From Octopus sinensis (taxonomy: Eukaryota): a stretch of DNA of 64,000 bases. The translations under genes were made by a program, and so were the position numbers. Positions 25,400 through 39,195 of the stretch are shown here, one piece after another. Location: positions 62,496,001 to 62,560,000 of the forward strand of contig NC_042997.1 in assembly GCF_006345805.1 (NCBI RefSeq), read 5' to 3'. The notes below the pieces were generated by a model. The model was not told the DNA's origin. It saw nothing but the letters and a program-made list of their open reading frames with translations, and did no database searches. Numbering within the stretch: position 1 is the stretch's first letter; each line of letters starts with the position of its first letter.

Positions 25400-25750
25400 A
25401 AATGAACTGCTTGGCAGAGGTCTGTGGAAGATGACATGACAAGCCTTGACTATTGGGATCGACTCAAAAAGCTCAGGCTTTGCTCTATATCTTCTGTATG
25501 ATGTGGAAAATATTCCATCAGCATTGCCTATCCTTAAAATTCGTCCGAGGATTGCCCTTCCCCCGTGCCATCCGTTCACTACAGAAATGTTCGTATTGTA
25601 TCACAACACTATGATAGAACTATTTCACATCAATTGGCCCGGCTCTCTTCAACAAATTGCCAGACACACATAAAGAGGTTCATAAATGAGCATCTAACCT
25701 ATTGCAGCTTCCTCCTCTACCACCTTATTCTAATGCACTGACACTCTTAT
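25400..25750 (+). mobile_element. LINE (CR1/Jockey-group-like) RT C-terminal remnant
   Basis: YWDRLKKLRL motif and broken downstream frames. Confidence 0.55.
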
Positions 25751-27280
25751 TTGATGCGAATACTGAAAATGCTAATGAGTTTTTGGTAAAATATCTAAAA
25801 TTATAATTCTGCAGTTAGCATTGCATCAACTACGGTGCAAAAATTATTACACTTGAATGAAAGAAACTTTATTGTTTAGAATTCAAAAAGAAGCACTTCG
25901 GTGGGAGATGATTGCTTAACAAGAAGCTAACTTCACATTGTTAAAGATTATATTTTCAATACCGGATAAAAGCACCGCAAAATTTGAAATCCTTGCTTAA
26001 TTTTATGCGCGCGCGCCCGTGTGTTTATTCCCCCATCACCGTTAGAGGTTAGTTTGTTCATAACCCCGTAACTTAGCAATTCGGCAAAAGATACTGATGG
26101 AGTAAGTAACAGGCTTTACAGAGAAAAAAAGATACTGGGGTCGATTCGCTTGACCGCAGTCTAATGACTGAAGCAAGTTTTTACTCGATTTGAATAATAG
26201 TTTTTTAGAATGTCCAGAAAATTCTGTATATACATGGAAGTTAATTTTCGACCAGATCTCATTATTAGGATAATTTCATTGACACCTACTAAATGTTGTC
26301 TCATATAATTTTTTGTTACGCATGTGAGAGGTAAATGAGAATTGTCCAACAAACTCACAAACAGTTTTTGAAATTTCATGATCAATGTAATTTCAACACT
26401 ATGAGACTTTATATGCTGCTCTGGAGAAATTCAGAATTAACTGTTCATATTTTCAGGTGATAAGGTGGCGAGCTGGCAGAAACGTTAGCACGTATTTCGT
26501 CTGCCGTTACGTTCTGAGTTCAAATTCCACCGAGGTCGACTTTGCCTTTCAACCTATCGGGGTCGATTAAATAAGCACCAGTTACAAACTGGGGTCGATA
26601 TAATCGACTTAATCCGTTTGTCTGTCCTTGATTGTCCTCTCTGTGTTTAACCCCTGGTGGGTAGTAAAGAAATAGGTATTTTTTCTGCCGTTACGTTCTG
26701 AGTTTAAATTCCGCCGAGGTCAACTTTGCCTTTCATCCTTTCGGGGTCGATTAAATAAGTGCCAGTTAATCACTGGGTTTCGTTGTAATTGACTTAATCC
26801 GTTTGTCTGTCCTTGTTTGTCCCCTCTATGTTTAGCCTCCTATGGGCAATAAAGAAATAAATATTTGCGTGTGAAGCATTTATGTTGACAAATAAAAAAA
26901 ATTTTTTAAAGCAAATGTGTTGATATAAATGAACGTCATAACGTTCATTTATAGGGTTATAACGTTCGTTTATAATCTTATAACGTCCGTTAAATGTAGG
27001 TCAATTAATAAATGTTCACAAATATATGTCACAACTTGGTCTACCAGCCGTTACTAAAAAATCAATAGTGTGCTGAAAATTAAATTATAGTTCTATTCTG
27101 TTCGTTATTAATGTTGGTATTTAAAATTGAATATCAGCTTTTGTGTTTTTGATAATTTTTTTTTGTTTCTTTTTATAACCAGAATTGGATTTTATTGAAT
27201 ATTTTAAATGCTCGTATGATTAAGAAGTTCGATTCACAACCACGTTGACGTAGGTTCAATCTCGCTGTGTTCCATTATAG

Positions 27281-27428
27281 AGAAGTATATTTCACTATAG
27301 TCTAGTTTATATTTCACTATAGAAGTATATTTCACTATAGTCTAGTGTATATTTTACTATAGAAGTATATTTCACTATAGTCTAGTGTATATTTCACTAT
27401 AGAAGTATATTTCACTATAGTCTAGTGT
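27281..27428 (+). repeat. Minisatellite, 40-bp unit (18+22 bp subunits) x ~3.7
   Basis: agaagtatatttcactat-agtctagtgtatatttcactat repeated. Confidence 0.9.
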
Positions 27429-28453
27429 TAACCCAAGCCATTTGAGTGAAACTGAACGGGAATAACAGTTTTATTGGTTGAAGAAACGCTATTTATATGT
27501 TGCATGAAATAAAATTCTTATACTCAAATTATATAAGGGAACCTCTATATAATGTTTCGACCTGGTCAAAATAGCAGCCAGATCTCCCTCAAACTTCACG
27601 CTACCAACTTAGATAAGGAAAAGATACATTAGATTATATTAGTTCCACATAAACATAAAACTACGAATGATCACGGCTTGGATGGCTATTAAAAGAGGTC
27701 TGCTTTATCAAAGCCTCGTAATTATTACCACATTGTAGTATAAAGAATACATAGAATATCAGAATTTTTCATTTTAGACGTCTACGATGCACATATTTTC
27801 AAATAAATCTATTACAATTATTTTGTATGCTTTTCTTGCATCCTAGTAAATTTTTCGTTATAGATCAGTGCGGGATAAGCGAATGCAATACTTAGTTGGT
27901 TACTCATGTGGTATACTTTTGACCATTTAACTTTATTTCATAAGATTGTAGGTGAAGTATTTACATGTTAATAGCTTTTGTAGACACCAGCTTAACTTTA
28001 TCAGTAAATTTTGGAAGAACAGTGGACTAGGATAGGTTCAGACACACCAACTATACAGCTACTGCCGTGGTAGTCTAGTAGACATCTACAGTATAATGCA
28101 CTTCCACCCATATGACTTGTTGCTATGGAACACCTAATCAGTATTACATGATCCTCGTCTCTCCAGAGCTTTTCCATTCTTTATAACAGGTTTTGTTTTT
28201 CATCTTGCAAACTGTTCGAAGTGAAGCAACGTGGCCTAGCAGTTAGAATGTTGCAAGATCGTATTTTTTTTGGGTGGTGTTTTGTATTCTTGAACAAAAC
28301 ACTACATTTTACATTGGTCCAGTCCACTCAGATGTAAATGAATTGTGACGGACTGGTGTCCCGATCAGGAGGAATATTGTAATCTCGGTCACCTGTACGC
28401 CATGGAAACGGGGTAAACGGTCCTATGACTCCTAGGACTCGAGACAGTACTTA

Positions 28454-28670
28454 CGAGGGGGTTGTGAAAAGTTCCTGACTTCAAGGTTATCGCGAAAGGT
28501 CTGGTTAGAGGCCCAACCTTCTGAGTTCTTTTACAAGGCTTAGAAAAACTGAAGGACCACTGCAATAAGTGTGGGAATCTGAGAGGGGGATATGTTGAAT
28601 AAAATCATAATTAACTGATCCTCCTGTATTTTCGTTTACTCATATCCAGGAACTTTTCAGCATCCCCTCG
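28454..28670 (+). mobile_element. Mariner-derived MITE with TIRs; second copy 55364-55586 (-), partial copy ~59200-59350
   Basis: TIRs cgagggggttgtgaaaagttcctg / caggaacttttcagcatcccctcg, preceded by TA; same body reverse-complemented at 55364-55586. Confidence 0.85.
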
Positions 28671-28886
28671 TGCTATAAAGTGTACAATAGTCACCCTCAT
28701 TACGAAGCAAGCTTGCTGTGTTTACCGGATTAGATGTCGTCCGTTCGATCAAGCATAAGGTTTGTTGATTTACATTATTATCAGCAACAGATTTCTTATT
28801 ACACCGTGTAACAAAATGTTTTTGTTTGTTCATTTTGGTAAGTGTTACTTCCTATTTGCTTTTATCTGTATCTATAAAAGGCAGGA

Positions 28887-28918
<32 letters not shown>

Positions 28919-30243
28919 TGTGCGCGTGTGTGTGTGTGTGTGTGTGTGTGTGAGGGAAAGAGAGAAGTTGTGTGCTAGTGTGTGTGAGGGAGGGAGGAAG
29001 TGATTGACAGCGTCTAACAAAAAAGTAAAGAAAAAGTATGTGTAAGGCCGAGAGAGAGAGAATTTGACAGCGTCTAACAAAAAAAGTAAAGACAAAGTGT
29101 GTGTGAGAGAGAAATAGATTGTGACAGCGTTCATCAAAAATAAAAATGTAAAATGTATTGTTGTTTACTTAAACACGAGATATAGTCTTCAAATTTAGGA
29201 TGCTTTTGAAAGACACTGTATTTTATAACCAGATCATTTATACTTTCTCACACAACAATTAAAATATATTTATTTTAAATCATTTATTTTAAATCGTTCA
29301 TGTTTCTCCCCCTCTCTCACTCACACACATTATTTTGGGCGCGAAAGAGTTTTGTTTTTACTTTAAGCCGAGGAAATGTTTTGTTGAGAATCCATTTATT
29401 TAACAACAAAGAAACAAAGAGGTAGGTAACAATTTGTCAGTGAATTACACAATATAAATGGGTACAATTTCCGAGGCTTCCACCACACCCCACCCCGTGT
29501 TTCGGACCACAAAAAGGGTGTTGTAGCATATAAGGAGGCCAGGCTAGTTGACTCCACACAAAAAATCCGATTTGTTGTTTTCTTAGTGAAAATCGTGCGG
29601 ATGTTAATCTACAAATTTACCAACATTTTTACCATTCATATCTGTTTGAAATTCTCTGTACGTAATTTTGCTTTCTCAGTGGTCAAGGCAAATGATGACT
29701 TTGTGCTGTTGCTGTTTTACTTCCTATGTTATTTAAAGCATTTTTCGATATGTGGCATTTCAACATTAGAAACGAATTCTGAACATGCTACTCAAGTTCG
29801 CTGAAACTTATCTACTGCCATGAACTTTTGAACGTTAGATAATTAGTGTTGGTTCATTCAATTAGAAAATAAAACCTGATGACGATGTAATTAGCAACTA
29901 GCACTTTTTGTCTCTTAGTTTTTGCTTACTTTTATGTTTAAAGTCTTTAATTGACTGTTATATTTCTTACGTAGAGTATCTGCATTCTTAATTTTTTAAA
30001 TTTTATCATATATTTTAATTTTATTCTATTTTATTGCATTTTGCTTTATTTTTCAGCTGTTTGTTTCACGAAACAAGTTACTGTTGCTTGAAAACAACCG
30101 GGTAATGTTGTTTGTGTTTGAAAACAGTTTCTCATTGCTGATTTTTCGTTCATCAGAACCGCAACTTCAGCTTCAATTGTGCCTTCATTTAATTACATTT
30201 CCCCATCTGCCAGTTTCATTTTCTCCATCTCCTAATTTACATC

Positions 30244-33200
30244 ATGCCACCTAAGAAAAGAATCTGTCTTGGGCACCGGGTTGCTGCTGTGTTGGCACAG
30301 AAGGCTAGAAGGGTCAATGAGACTTCTGACGAAACTAATTTGCGACTGGCTAAGACCTCTTTACGTGCTTTGAGCAGGAGAGTCACTGAAAGTGGCGACG
30401 AAAGAGCTATGCTACTTCAAAGGAAGCTGTCGTATGACCGTTCGGTGCGTTTTCAAGAAACGAGCTTAGCTCGATCTGCTCGCAATTCAAAAAACTCTGC
30501 TGCCACTGCCAAAGCAAGAACCTCCGAGACTGCTAAACAACGGGTACTCCACAATTCACAAGATGCTGCTGCCACTGCCACAGCCAATGCAAGAGCCTCC
30601 GAGACTACGGAACAACGGGCAGTCCGAAATTCACAAAACGCTGCTGCCACTATTACTACGCGATCTGCTGAAACTCCTCTATAGAGACGTGGTAGGCTAC
30701 AGGGGAATAGTCCTCGGCGAGAGGCATTAAAAGCCCGAAAAGGTTCTATTGGCTCATGAAGGCTTTCATCTACGAACCGACGATAAGCTACTCCTCCCGT
30801 TCTGAAATCGAAATTGGGGGTATGTGCTCCACCTGCAAGCACTACAATGCTAAGAAGTGGTCAGCCGAATCACCTGAGATGTGCAGCTCAAATAGCAAAG
30901 TGCAGCTACAATCACTTGAAGACTCTCCTCAGCCTTTGAAGAACCTACTGGCAGGGTCTGCACCAAGGTCATCTGGATTTCTTCAATTTCTCAGGACATA
31001 CAACTGCGCTTTTCAGATGACCTCCTTTGGGACTAAAGTTGTCCGAGAGGTGGATGCCACCTTCTAAGGTCCAGGGGCAGGTTTACCACCTCATTGGGTC
31101 GCTCCATCACCCTAACAATAGTTCACTGGCGTTTTTGCAGCTTTATTTCATCTCGGACTACAATCAACAGGCCGCTGCACGAGTAGCCATTTTCCCAGCG
31201 CTTGGAAACAACGCAGAGGCTGAAACTTTCAACAGAGACATCTTACTTGGCCTACAAACAATGCTGCACGAGCACAACAGCTATATCTTCAGCTTTAAAT
31301 GCACGTTGGAGAACACACCCTGTCCCAACTACAACGTCGTCATTGACGCCGCTGACAAGAGGCCATCTGGGGGGGGGGCATGCTCACTGCTTCAATGCTC
31401 CCGCGCATAATGAAGTGGCAGTCGTTCTTCATGGGGACTAACACAACCCCAGAGATATAGTTATGTTATGCCGTGGCGGCAGCCTTCGTAGGATTAGCGA
31501 AACTCACCGCTCTTACGACAGCCTACAGTACCCCCTTTTGTTCACTCGCGGGGGGGGATGGTTATCATTTCAGCATTCAGCATCGTCAACCCAACGACCC
31601 CTCTGTGACATCGGCCAAAACAGTTTCGTCAAGGGTATATTATGCCTACAGATTTTTGTTGCGGGTTAACAGCTTCAATCACTTGCATCGGTCGATTGAA
31701 TCCGAGCGTCTGTGTTTTATAAAAACACACCAGAAAGAGCTGCGCAGTGACAGCTACATTCATCTACGAGATGGGATCCAGAATGATGCTGATCCCCGAA
31801 GCCTGGGAAAGACATTCATCCTACCCTCCAGCTACACGGGAGGGGGGGCAGGTACATGCACGAACGAACCGAGGATGCAATGACGTACGTCCGAAATTAT
31901 GGTCGTCCGGACCTGTTTATTACATTCATGTGCAACCCAAAGTGGGTGGAAATAACCTGTGAACTTTACCCTGGGCAACAACCTGCCCACAGGCGTGACC
32001 TACTTGCTCGAGTATTCCAGCTAAAGTTGGCCAAGTTGATGTCATTAATCAAAAAGGGGCAGATTTTTAAGCCAGTCATAAAGGGGAAAATTTTTGGCCA
32101 GTCAAATGTGACACCGTGGAATGGCAGAAGAGAGGAAATCCACATGCTCACATTCTGATTTGGCTAGCGACGAAAATCAACTCTAACGACGTTGATATAA
32201 TCATCTCGGCTGAGATTCCTAACCCTGCCATCGACCATGAGTTATATGATATCGTCAGCATGAACATGATTCATGGTCTGCTCGGGCTGGGTGTTGATGG
32301 CCAACATGCGTGCCTACAAGGGGGGGGGGGGAGGTCGTGTAGTAAGTGATTCCCTAAGAAATTTGCTGATGAGACACGGACCAATGGAGACGGGTACCCC
32401 CTGTACAGACGGAGACGGCCTGAGAACGGTGGTTTCACCAGAAGAGTAAAGGAAAGTCAACAATCGGTGGGTTGTCCCTTACTGCCCGCTTCTCTCAAGA
32501 TTTTTAACGCCCATATAAACGTTGAATTTTGCAGATCCGTTAAAGTGCATGTGTAAGTACATTAACAAGGCTCTGATGCTGCTGTATTTGGCCTTCAAAG
32601 TGCTAGTGGAAGGGATGAAGTTTCTGAGTACCTGTCGGGGCGGTACATCAGCAGCAATGAAGCTTTTTGGCGTATCTTCATTCGGCAATCGTGCATCTGA
32701 CTGTTCATTTGGAGAATGGTCAGCGTGTATACTTTTCTGAGCACAATTCTGCTCAATTGGCTACCCGGTCAAAGGAAACAATCGTTACAGTTTTTTTTTA
32801 AGTTGTGTCAAACTGATACATTTGCAAAGTATCTTATTTATCCGCAACTGCCATCCTACTTTGTGTGGGATAAAAACGTTTGGACACGAAGACAGTCAGG
32901 GGTAGACGTTGATGGGCATCCACGCATTAAGTTTTCGGATTGCCTCGGGAGGGGTATAACACGGTGCATCCAAGCCAGCAGGAATGTTTTTACTTCCTTC
33001 ATGAAGTTGTGGGTTGTCCGATCAAGCTTCTGTCTGAGGACTTCCTTCTGATGGCAAAGCAACGGTGCCCTAATGCAACATTGGCTACAATGACCTGATC
33101 TACAATAATGCTCTGATTGAAATCGAGGATACCCAGCTCAAAATGGGTGGGGCGGTGTTGAACACATTCGGTTCGCCGTCCTCATTGCGACAGGATGTTA

Positions 33201-34641
33201 ACACACTCGCACCAAAGTTACTTCTGGAGTTGTCGTATGACGCTGATGGCCTTGCTGAGTACCTGTGAGTAAATGAATCGAAATTGCTCCCTGATCAGAG
33301 GCTGGCGTACAAAACTGTCGTCAGTTGAAAAAAAGGCGGGCGGCATTTTTTTCCTCGATGCTGCTAGAGGTACCGGCAAATCCTTTGTAACACAATTAAT
33401 ACTTGCTAAGATTCATCGCGAGAAACAAACTGCGCTAGCTGTTGCCTCCTCAGGAATCACTGCTACGTTATTGCTAGGAGATAGGTCGGCGCACTCGGCA
33501 TTCAAGCTGTTTTTGGATATGGTGAGGGTCGAGGTTCCAACTTGCAACATAGGCAAAAATTCAGAGGAAGCTGAAGTTCTTAGACAGTGCCGTCTCATTG
33601 TATGGGATGAATGCAGAGTGGCCAATAAGGGTGCCCTTGAGGCACTGGACCGGTTACTGAAAGATATCAGGGATTCTACAACTTATAAGGGTGGTGTAAC
33701 TCTATTACTTTCAGGAGGTTTCCAGCAAACCCTTCTTGTCATCCCTAAAGGGAGCAGGGCTGATGAAGTGTGCGAATACCTTAAGTCATCCACGCTAGGC
33801 CCCAGGTTAAGACCTTAAGCCTAAGCACAAACATGCGTGCGCACTTGCTTGGTGATAGCACGTCTGCGGCATTTGCTGAAGACATTTTAGCCCTTGGAGA
33901 AGACAAGGTCCCTAGGAATGATAGGGGCGACATATCCATCTCTGAACTGTGCAACATCGTGAACAACCCTTCCGATCTTTTGGAAACAGTGTTCCCCAAT
34001 CTGGAAAGTAATTATGCAGACATCAATTAGCTCAGTGAAAGAACCATCCTGATCCCCCAAAACGTAGCAGTCAGTGCTCGCAATGGCCAGTTCATAAGCC
34101 GAATTCCGGGTGGAGAGCGCATCTACAAATCGATTGACCGGACCTCTGACCCCCAAGACATTGTCAGTTACCCTATCGAGTTTCTCAACTCATTGGGGCC
34201 AGCAGGACTTCCACCTCACATTCTTAGGCTAAGAGCTGGATGCCCAATTATGCTAATCAGAGACTTGCTTCCACCTAAACAGTGCAATGGGGCCGCTTAG
34301 TACTCAAGTCCCTGACGCCCCACTTGATTGAGGCCACCAATGTTACAGGGTGCGGGAGGGGTGAAACTGTTTTCATTTCAAGGATGCAGCTTTATCCCTC
34401 GGGGTCAGACATGCCGTTTACCTTCCGCATATCGTAGTCCCCGTTGAGACCATGCTTCGCCATGTCCATCGGCAAAGCCCAAGACCAAACACTATCGGTG
34501 CCAGGTATCCATTTGGGGGAGTCATGCTTTTCACATGGGCAACTTTATGTAGCCTGCTCCCGTGTGGGGAGCAGAAACACTCTTTTTGTGTATGCACCTC
34601 AGGGCAGAACACGCAAAGTTGTCTATTGCGATGTTTTATAG
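30244..34641 (+). pseudogene. Helitron Rep-Helicase pseudogene (many frameshifts and stops)
   Basis: ATG MPPKKR; YGRPDLFITFMCNPKW; HUH motif EWQKRGNPHAHILIW; helicase FFLDAARGTGKS, LIVWDEC, FSHGQLYVACSRV. Confidence 0.93.
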
Positions 34642-35449
34642 ACAAACAGGTGATCCGGAAGCATTAGCCGGATATATTCTCAAACCATGGCAACATGATT
34701 TATAGACTCTTCCTCTCTTTTATTGGACAATGCTGACTTCAACAACAATGCTCACTTAACCGATATCAGTGCTTGGCTAAGTTGCTCATATAGTTAGGCT
34801 ACAAGAGACAGGTCCCTTATATTTTGGTTAAGGGTGTTGCTAAGTTTTCATAAGTTACTCCAATCCAGATCCCCAATGCCAACCTTCGGATTAACCTTCT
34901 CCTATACAGATCTCTAATGCAATTTTATCCAATCCAAATCTTTGAGTCACCCTTCTTCACTGTAGATTTCCATTGCAAACCTTCAATGCATCCTTATCCA
35001 ATACTAACCTTTGATGCAACTTCTCCAATGCAGATTTCCGAGGCAACCTTCTCCAATGCATATCTTCGATGCAGCCTTGACTGGTAGTACCCCTAGATTA
35101 GGATTAGTCGCTGGCTTGCCGGAAGGGTTCCTAACTCATGGGTCAAGGGGGGTTAGATGATAGAGGTGGTGCCATCAAAAGAGCCGGCATGTGCAACCTG
35201 ATCACCTCTGCCGGTCAAACCCCCAATCTATGCGTTCCCATCGCAACACTGATTCTGCAGAACTGGGTTGGGTGTGAAAACCAACTTTAAAGTATAAATA
35301 TTGATTTTTTTTAATCAGCAATGTTGCGTTCGATTAAGTCCTATTTGGGGTAAAAAAAAAAGCAATAAACTCATAAACCGATTCCTTATAATTCGTTTTT
35401 GGATTTGGTTTGCAAGATTCTTTATATGAGTTCGTGTGTTGAAGCATAT

Positions 35450-35751
35450 TCTGTTGTGTCTGGGGAGAGTCATTTTCTTTTTGTGCCTTATAATGTAACA
35501 CACTCACCGGTAAAATTTCCACTTTTTTCTTATTTTTATTTTCTTAAAAGGAGACAGAGGTGCATACATATACAAACACATGCTCACACACACATACATA
35601 GAAAATACACTAACGCGGACATGCAAGCACATAAATATGCAGTATACGTACATATAGATGCACACACATACATACATATATACATATGCATATACACATA
35701 TATATACATACACACATATATACATACATACGTACATGCATGCATGTATAG

Positions 35752-35785
<34 letters not shown>

Positions 35786-35975
35786 ACTCACACACATGCG
35801 CACAAACAAACAAAAGGGAACGTAGTGTAAATAGTCAAAACTATTGAAAAGGTTGCAAGACGCCATGAAAATTTTAGTAAAATAAATATAAGAAAAAAAG
35901 TGGAAATTTTACCGGTGAGTGTGATACATTAAAAAGGCACAAAACGAAAATGACTCTCCCCAGACACAACAGATT
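35450..35975. repeat. Inverted repeat (~35450-35545 / ~35880-35975) inserted in the Helitron 3' UTR, PLE-type
   Basis: tctgttgtgtctggggagagtcatttt...caccggtaaaatttccac mirrored by gtggaaattttaccggtg...aatgactctccccagacacaacaga. Confidence 0.8.
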
Positions 35976-38054
35976 CCTTATCGGATTTCCCACTAAAATT
36001 GGCTACACCCCATTTTCAACCATAACTTTTACCAATTTTGACATATTTTGTTTAAACTTGATGCCAGCATTACTTAGGACTCATGGGATTTTTCAATGCT
36101 TTAAGTTCTCAAAAAATAAAAAACAATCGAGGAGTGGAAAATAATCAATAAACTGATTCCTTATGGGATTTCCCAATCAAATTGCCTGCAACCTATTTTC
36201 AGCCAAACGTTTACCAATTTCAACGGATTTCGCTCAAATTTGATGTTAGTGTTACTTGTTTTGGTTTGAAATAAAGCGCTTGATCACTTAATAATCCTAA
36301 TTTAATCCCGGGCAACGCCGGGCTATACTGTTAGTCTATGAATAAAAGGAAATTACTACAATTCCCTTCAAACTTTGTTTTTCTGACCTGGGCATCAATG
36401 TCTTGAGACTTACCTACTTTCCATTACATTTCAGACAGATTCAGAGCTGAGTTGCTGAAGCAGAAATATCATTATAGCAAACACTCTGCTCAACACCACA
36501 GATCTGCTTGTCAGTTACTTGACCTTAGCCACTTGAGTATGTCCCTTAGTAGCTAACAATATGTGCATCTCTAATGATGAGCAGGTGTAGTGGTGAGCAT
36601 CATAGCCATGTGTTAACAGGGATTCTTTGGAGTTTTAATAAATGTAACAAAGACAAAATTCAAAGGAAATATTTAACATATTTCATTCTTTCTATAGAAA
36701 ATAACAGTTGCTACCCACGGACAAAAATCGCTTTACACAATGTTATGAAATCAATAGCCTGACAATGGTGTGGCAACGGGGTCTGAGTGCAGTGTTTTAG
36801 CATCTTGTAAAAGCGAGAATGAACGAAAAAAGAAATGAGAAGAGAGGAAAGAGAGAAGGGGGAAGAGAAACGGAGAGAATAAAGAGAAAGAGGGAGGGGG
36901 ACTTTTAAAGTAAAAGATTTAAGATGGAAGTTTTTTGAGTTAGTGCACGGACATAGTTAAATCGTACGAGAGTAATAGAATAAAAGAGAATTGACGACAA
37001 AGCGATAGAATCTAAAAGAGGGAAATCTTAAAAAGTCCAGAAACAGGCATTATTTTATCTTTTCTCATTTGACCTTCGGTGAGCTGGATAATATTTATAT
37101 CTTGGTTGTTTCTAAGGCGGCGAGCTGGCAGAAACGTTAGCACGCCGGGCGAGATGCTTTGTGGTATTTCGTCTGCCGTTACGTTCTGAGTTCAAATTCC
37201 GGCGAGGTCGACTTCGCCTTTCATCCTTTCGGGGTCGATAAATTAAGTACCAGTTACGCACTGGGGTCGATACAATCGACTTAATCCGTTTGTTTGTCCT
37301 TGTTTGTCCCCTCTATGTTTAGCCCCTTGTGGGTAATAAAGAAACAGGTATTTCGCCTGATTTTACGTTCTGAATTCAAATTCCGCCGAGGTCGACTTTC
37401 CCTTTCATCCTTTCGGGGTCGATAAATTAAGTACCAGTTGCATACTGGAGGCCGATCTAATCAACTGGCCCCCTCCTCGAAAATTTCGGGCCTTGTGCCT
37501 ATAGCAGAAAAGTATGCCTTGGGTGTTTGAAAAACGCTTTATACATTTGATTTTGTACAGTTGTTTCAGAGTGATAATCTGGAATTATTTAAATTCTATT
37601 TCGTTTTTACTAACTGAAGTGTGAACTAATTTCTCTGAACATTGATTATAACATAATCGGGCGATAATAAAGCAGAAGGAAAAAGGACATACGGCAGATA
37701 GAAATAGTAAATAAAAAAATAAACATAATTAAGATACAGTTATTAATAGTTTTATTATTCAGAATAATTAGTACAAGTATGAGAGGCATATAAAGGAAAT
37801 TATAATGAATACAAGCATACACTTTCTACTATGGGCACAAAGCTTGAATTTGGTGGAAGGGTGCCAGTTGATTTCATTGACCCTCATTACTCAACTGGTA
37901 CTTAATTTCTTAACCCCAAAAGAGATAAAAAGCAAAGTCAATCTCGGTGGCATTTGAACTCAGAAAAATAAAGGACAGACAGACAGACGAAATACTTCCA
38001 GACATTTTGTCCGGCGAGCTAAAGAATCTTCCAGTTCGCTGCTTTTCAAACATA

Positions 38055-38060
38055 TTTAAT
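38055..38060 (-). terminator. Putative polyadenylation signal of gene B (ATTAAA)
   Basis: ATTAAA variant ~37 nt after the stop, similar spacing to gene A. Confidence 0.4.
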
Positions 38061-38096
38061 AAAACCCTTTACTGTGCTTCTCTAAATGAGTAGCCT

Positions 38097-38298
38097 TTAT
38101 AAATTCATCGCAATGTCTACAAATTCTTTATAATCAATCTTGCCATCTTTCATAGCAGATTTTATAATTGCTTGAGTATCTGCACCAGAGATATCCATAC
38201 ACAACGTTTTCATTGCTTCATTCAGTTCTTCTGTAGTCAGGTAACCAGATTTATCGACGTCGAATTTCTTAAAAGCGTTCTTAATATCTTCCGGATCT
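38097..38298 (-). CDS. EF-hand gene B, terminal coding exon (EF3 DVDKSGYLTTEE, degenerate EF4); full protein 138 aa, calmodulin-like ~16 kDa Ca-binding protein
   Basis: Acceptor ttctttgtctAG at 38300-38299, phase 2 joins AA|A (Lys); DPEDIKNAFKKFDVDKSGYLTTEELNEAMKTLCMDISGADTQAIIKSAMKDGKIDYKEFVDIAMNL*. The three exons splice into one open frame. Confidence 0.92.
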
Positions 38299-38699
38299 CT
38301 AGACAAAGAAATATGTTAGAAAAAGAAGCAATATTAATAATACATAAAACAATTGGTAGAAAATGTATTAAAATGGCAATCACGTCTAATTTAGGCACAA
38401 GACCAGCAATTTTGAAAGAGTGGTCAGTGGATACTATACTTGCTTAACCGCTACTATACTTGACTTGTACTTATTTTATCAAACTCGAGACGATGAAAGT
38501 ATATTATATCAGTAACTAATAACTGGGACTACTAGAGTATTCATGCCTATTACCTTATTTATTGCATTTAGCTGTTTCAAATATTAATATAATTCGTCTA
38601 TAATATTTGTTCCTTATCTTATCTTTCATTTGTGCGTGGTGTATCCTATCTAGTTTATTGATTCCTAACTATTTGTATATCTGGGTTTCGTTCGTATAT

Positions 38700-39151
38700 T
38701 ATGCTGTGATATTCTAGTGCTTAATTTTTTTCTCTTTAAGATTGCTTTGGTACGCTTTTCTAAACTGAATCTCAAATTAATTTCTTTGATAAATTCGTGT
38801 ACTTTCTTTTGGAGAATTTCGAGATGCTTATCATTTGCTGTTTACAATTTGAGTTCACCCCTGGACAAGAGGTGGTTGATTGTTTACTATAGCAGCTGCT
38901 TCCACATCCTGTTCTGTTTAACATATCGGTTAAAGAAGTCAATACCAGACAGAAAAGTGGGGAGATGGAGACTACTTGGAATATTCCTCTTCTACGGGGG
39001 ACAGTTTTAGTTTTTATAACTCCCTCTTTTGTCAGTAACTTCAAAACTGTTGGCCATTTACTCATGATATGCTTATATATTCTATTACTTTCAGTACTAC
39101 TTTAGTCATGGTTAACGTTTTCCAAGGTCCACTCATGAAGAGTTTCTAGGA

Positions 39152-39195
<44 letters not shown>

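Larger units (their letters stand above)
29640..36334 (+). mobile_element. Helitron copy 2, near-full-length and decayed (5' end uncertain)
   Basis: 3' hairpin cccgggcaacgccggg (36307-36322) + TTAG|T; 3' UTR shared with copy 1; contains the RepHel pseudogene. Confidence 0.9.

Noticed and set aside
27281-27428. CRISPR-like array
   Set aside because: No unique spacers, eukaryotic context, no cas genes.
4750-38000. A third EF-hand paralog between genes A and B
   Set aside because: No EF-loop exon found by eye on either strand; only the intronic duplicate at 15.4-17.5 kb. A tBLASTn could overturn this.
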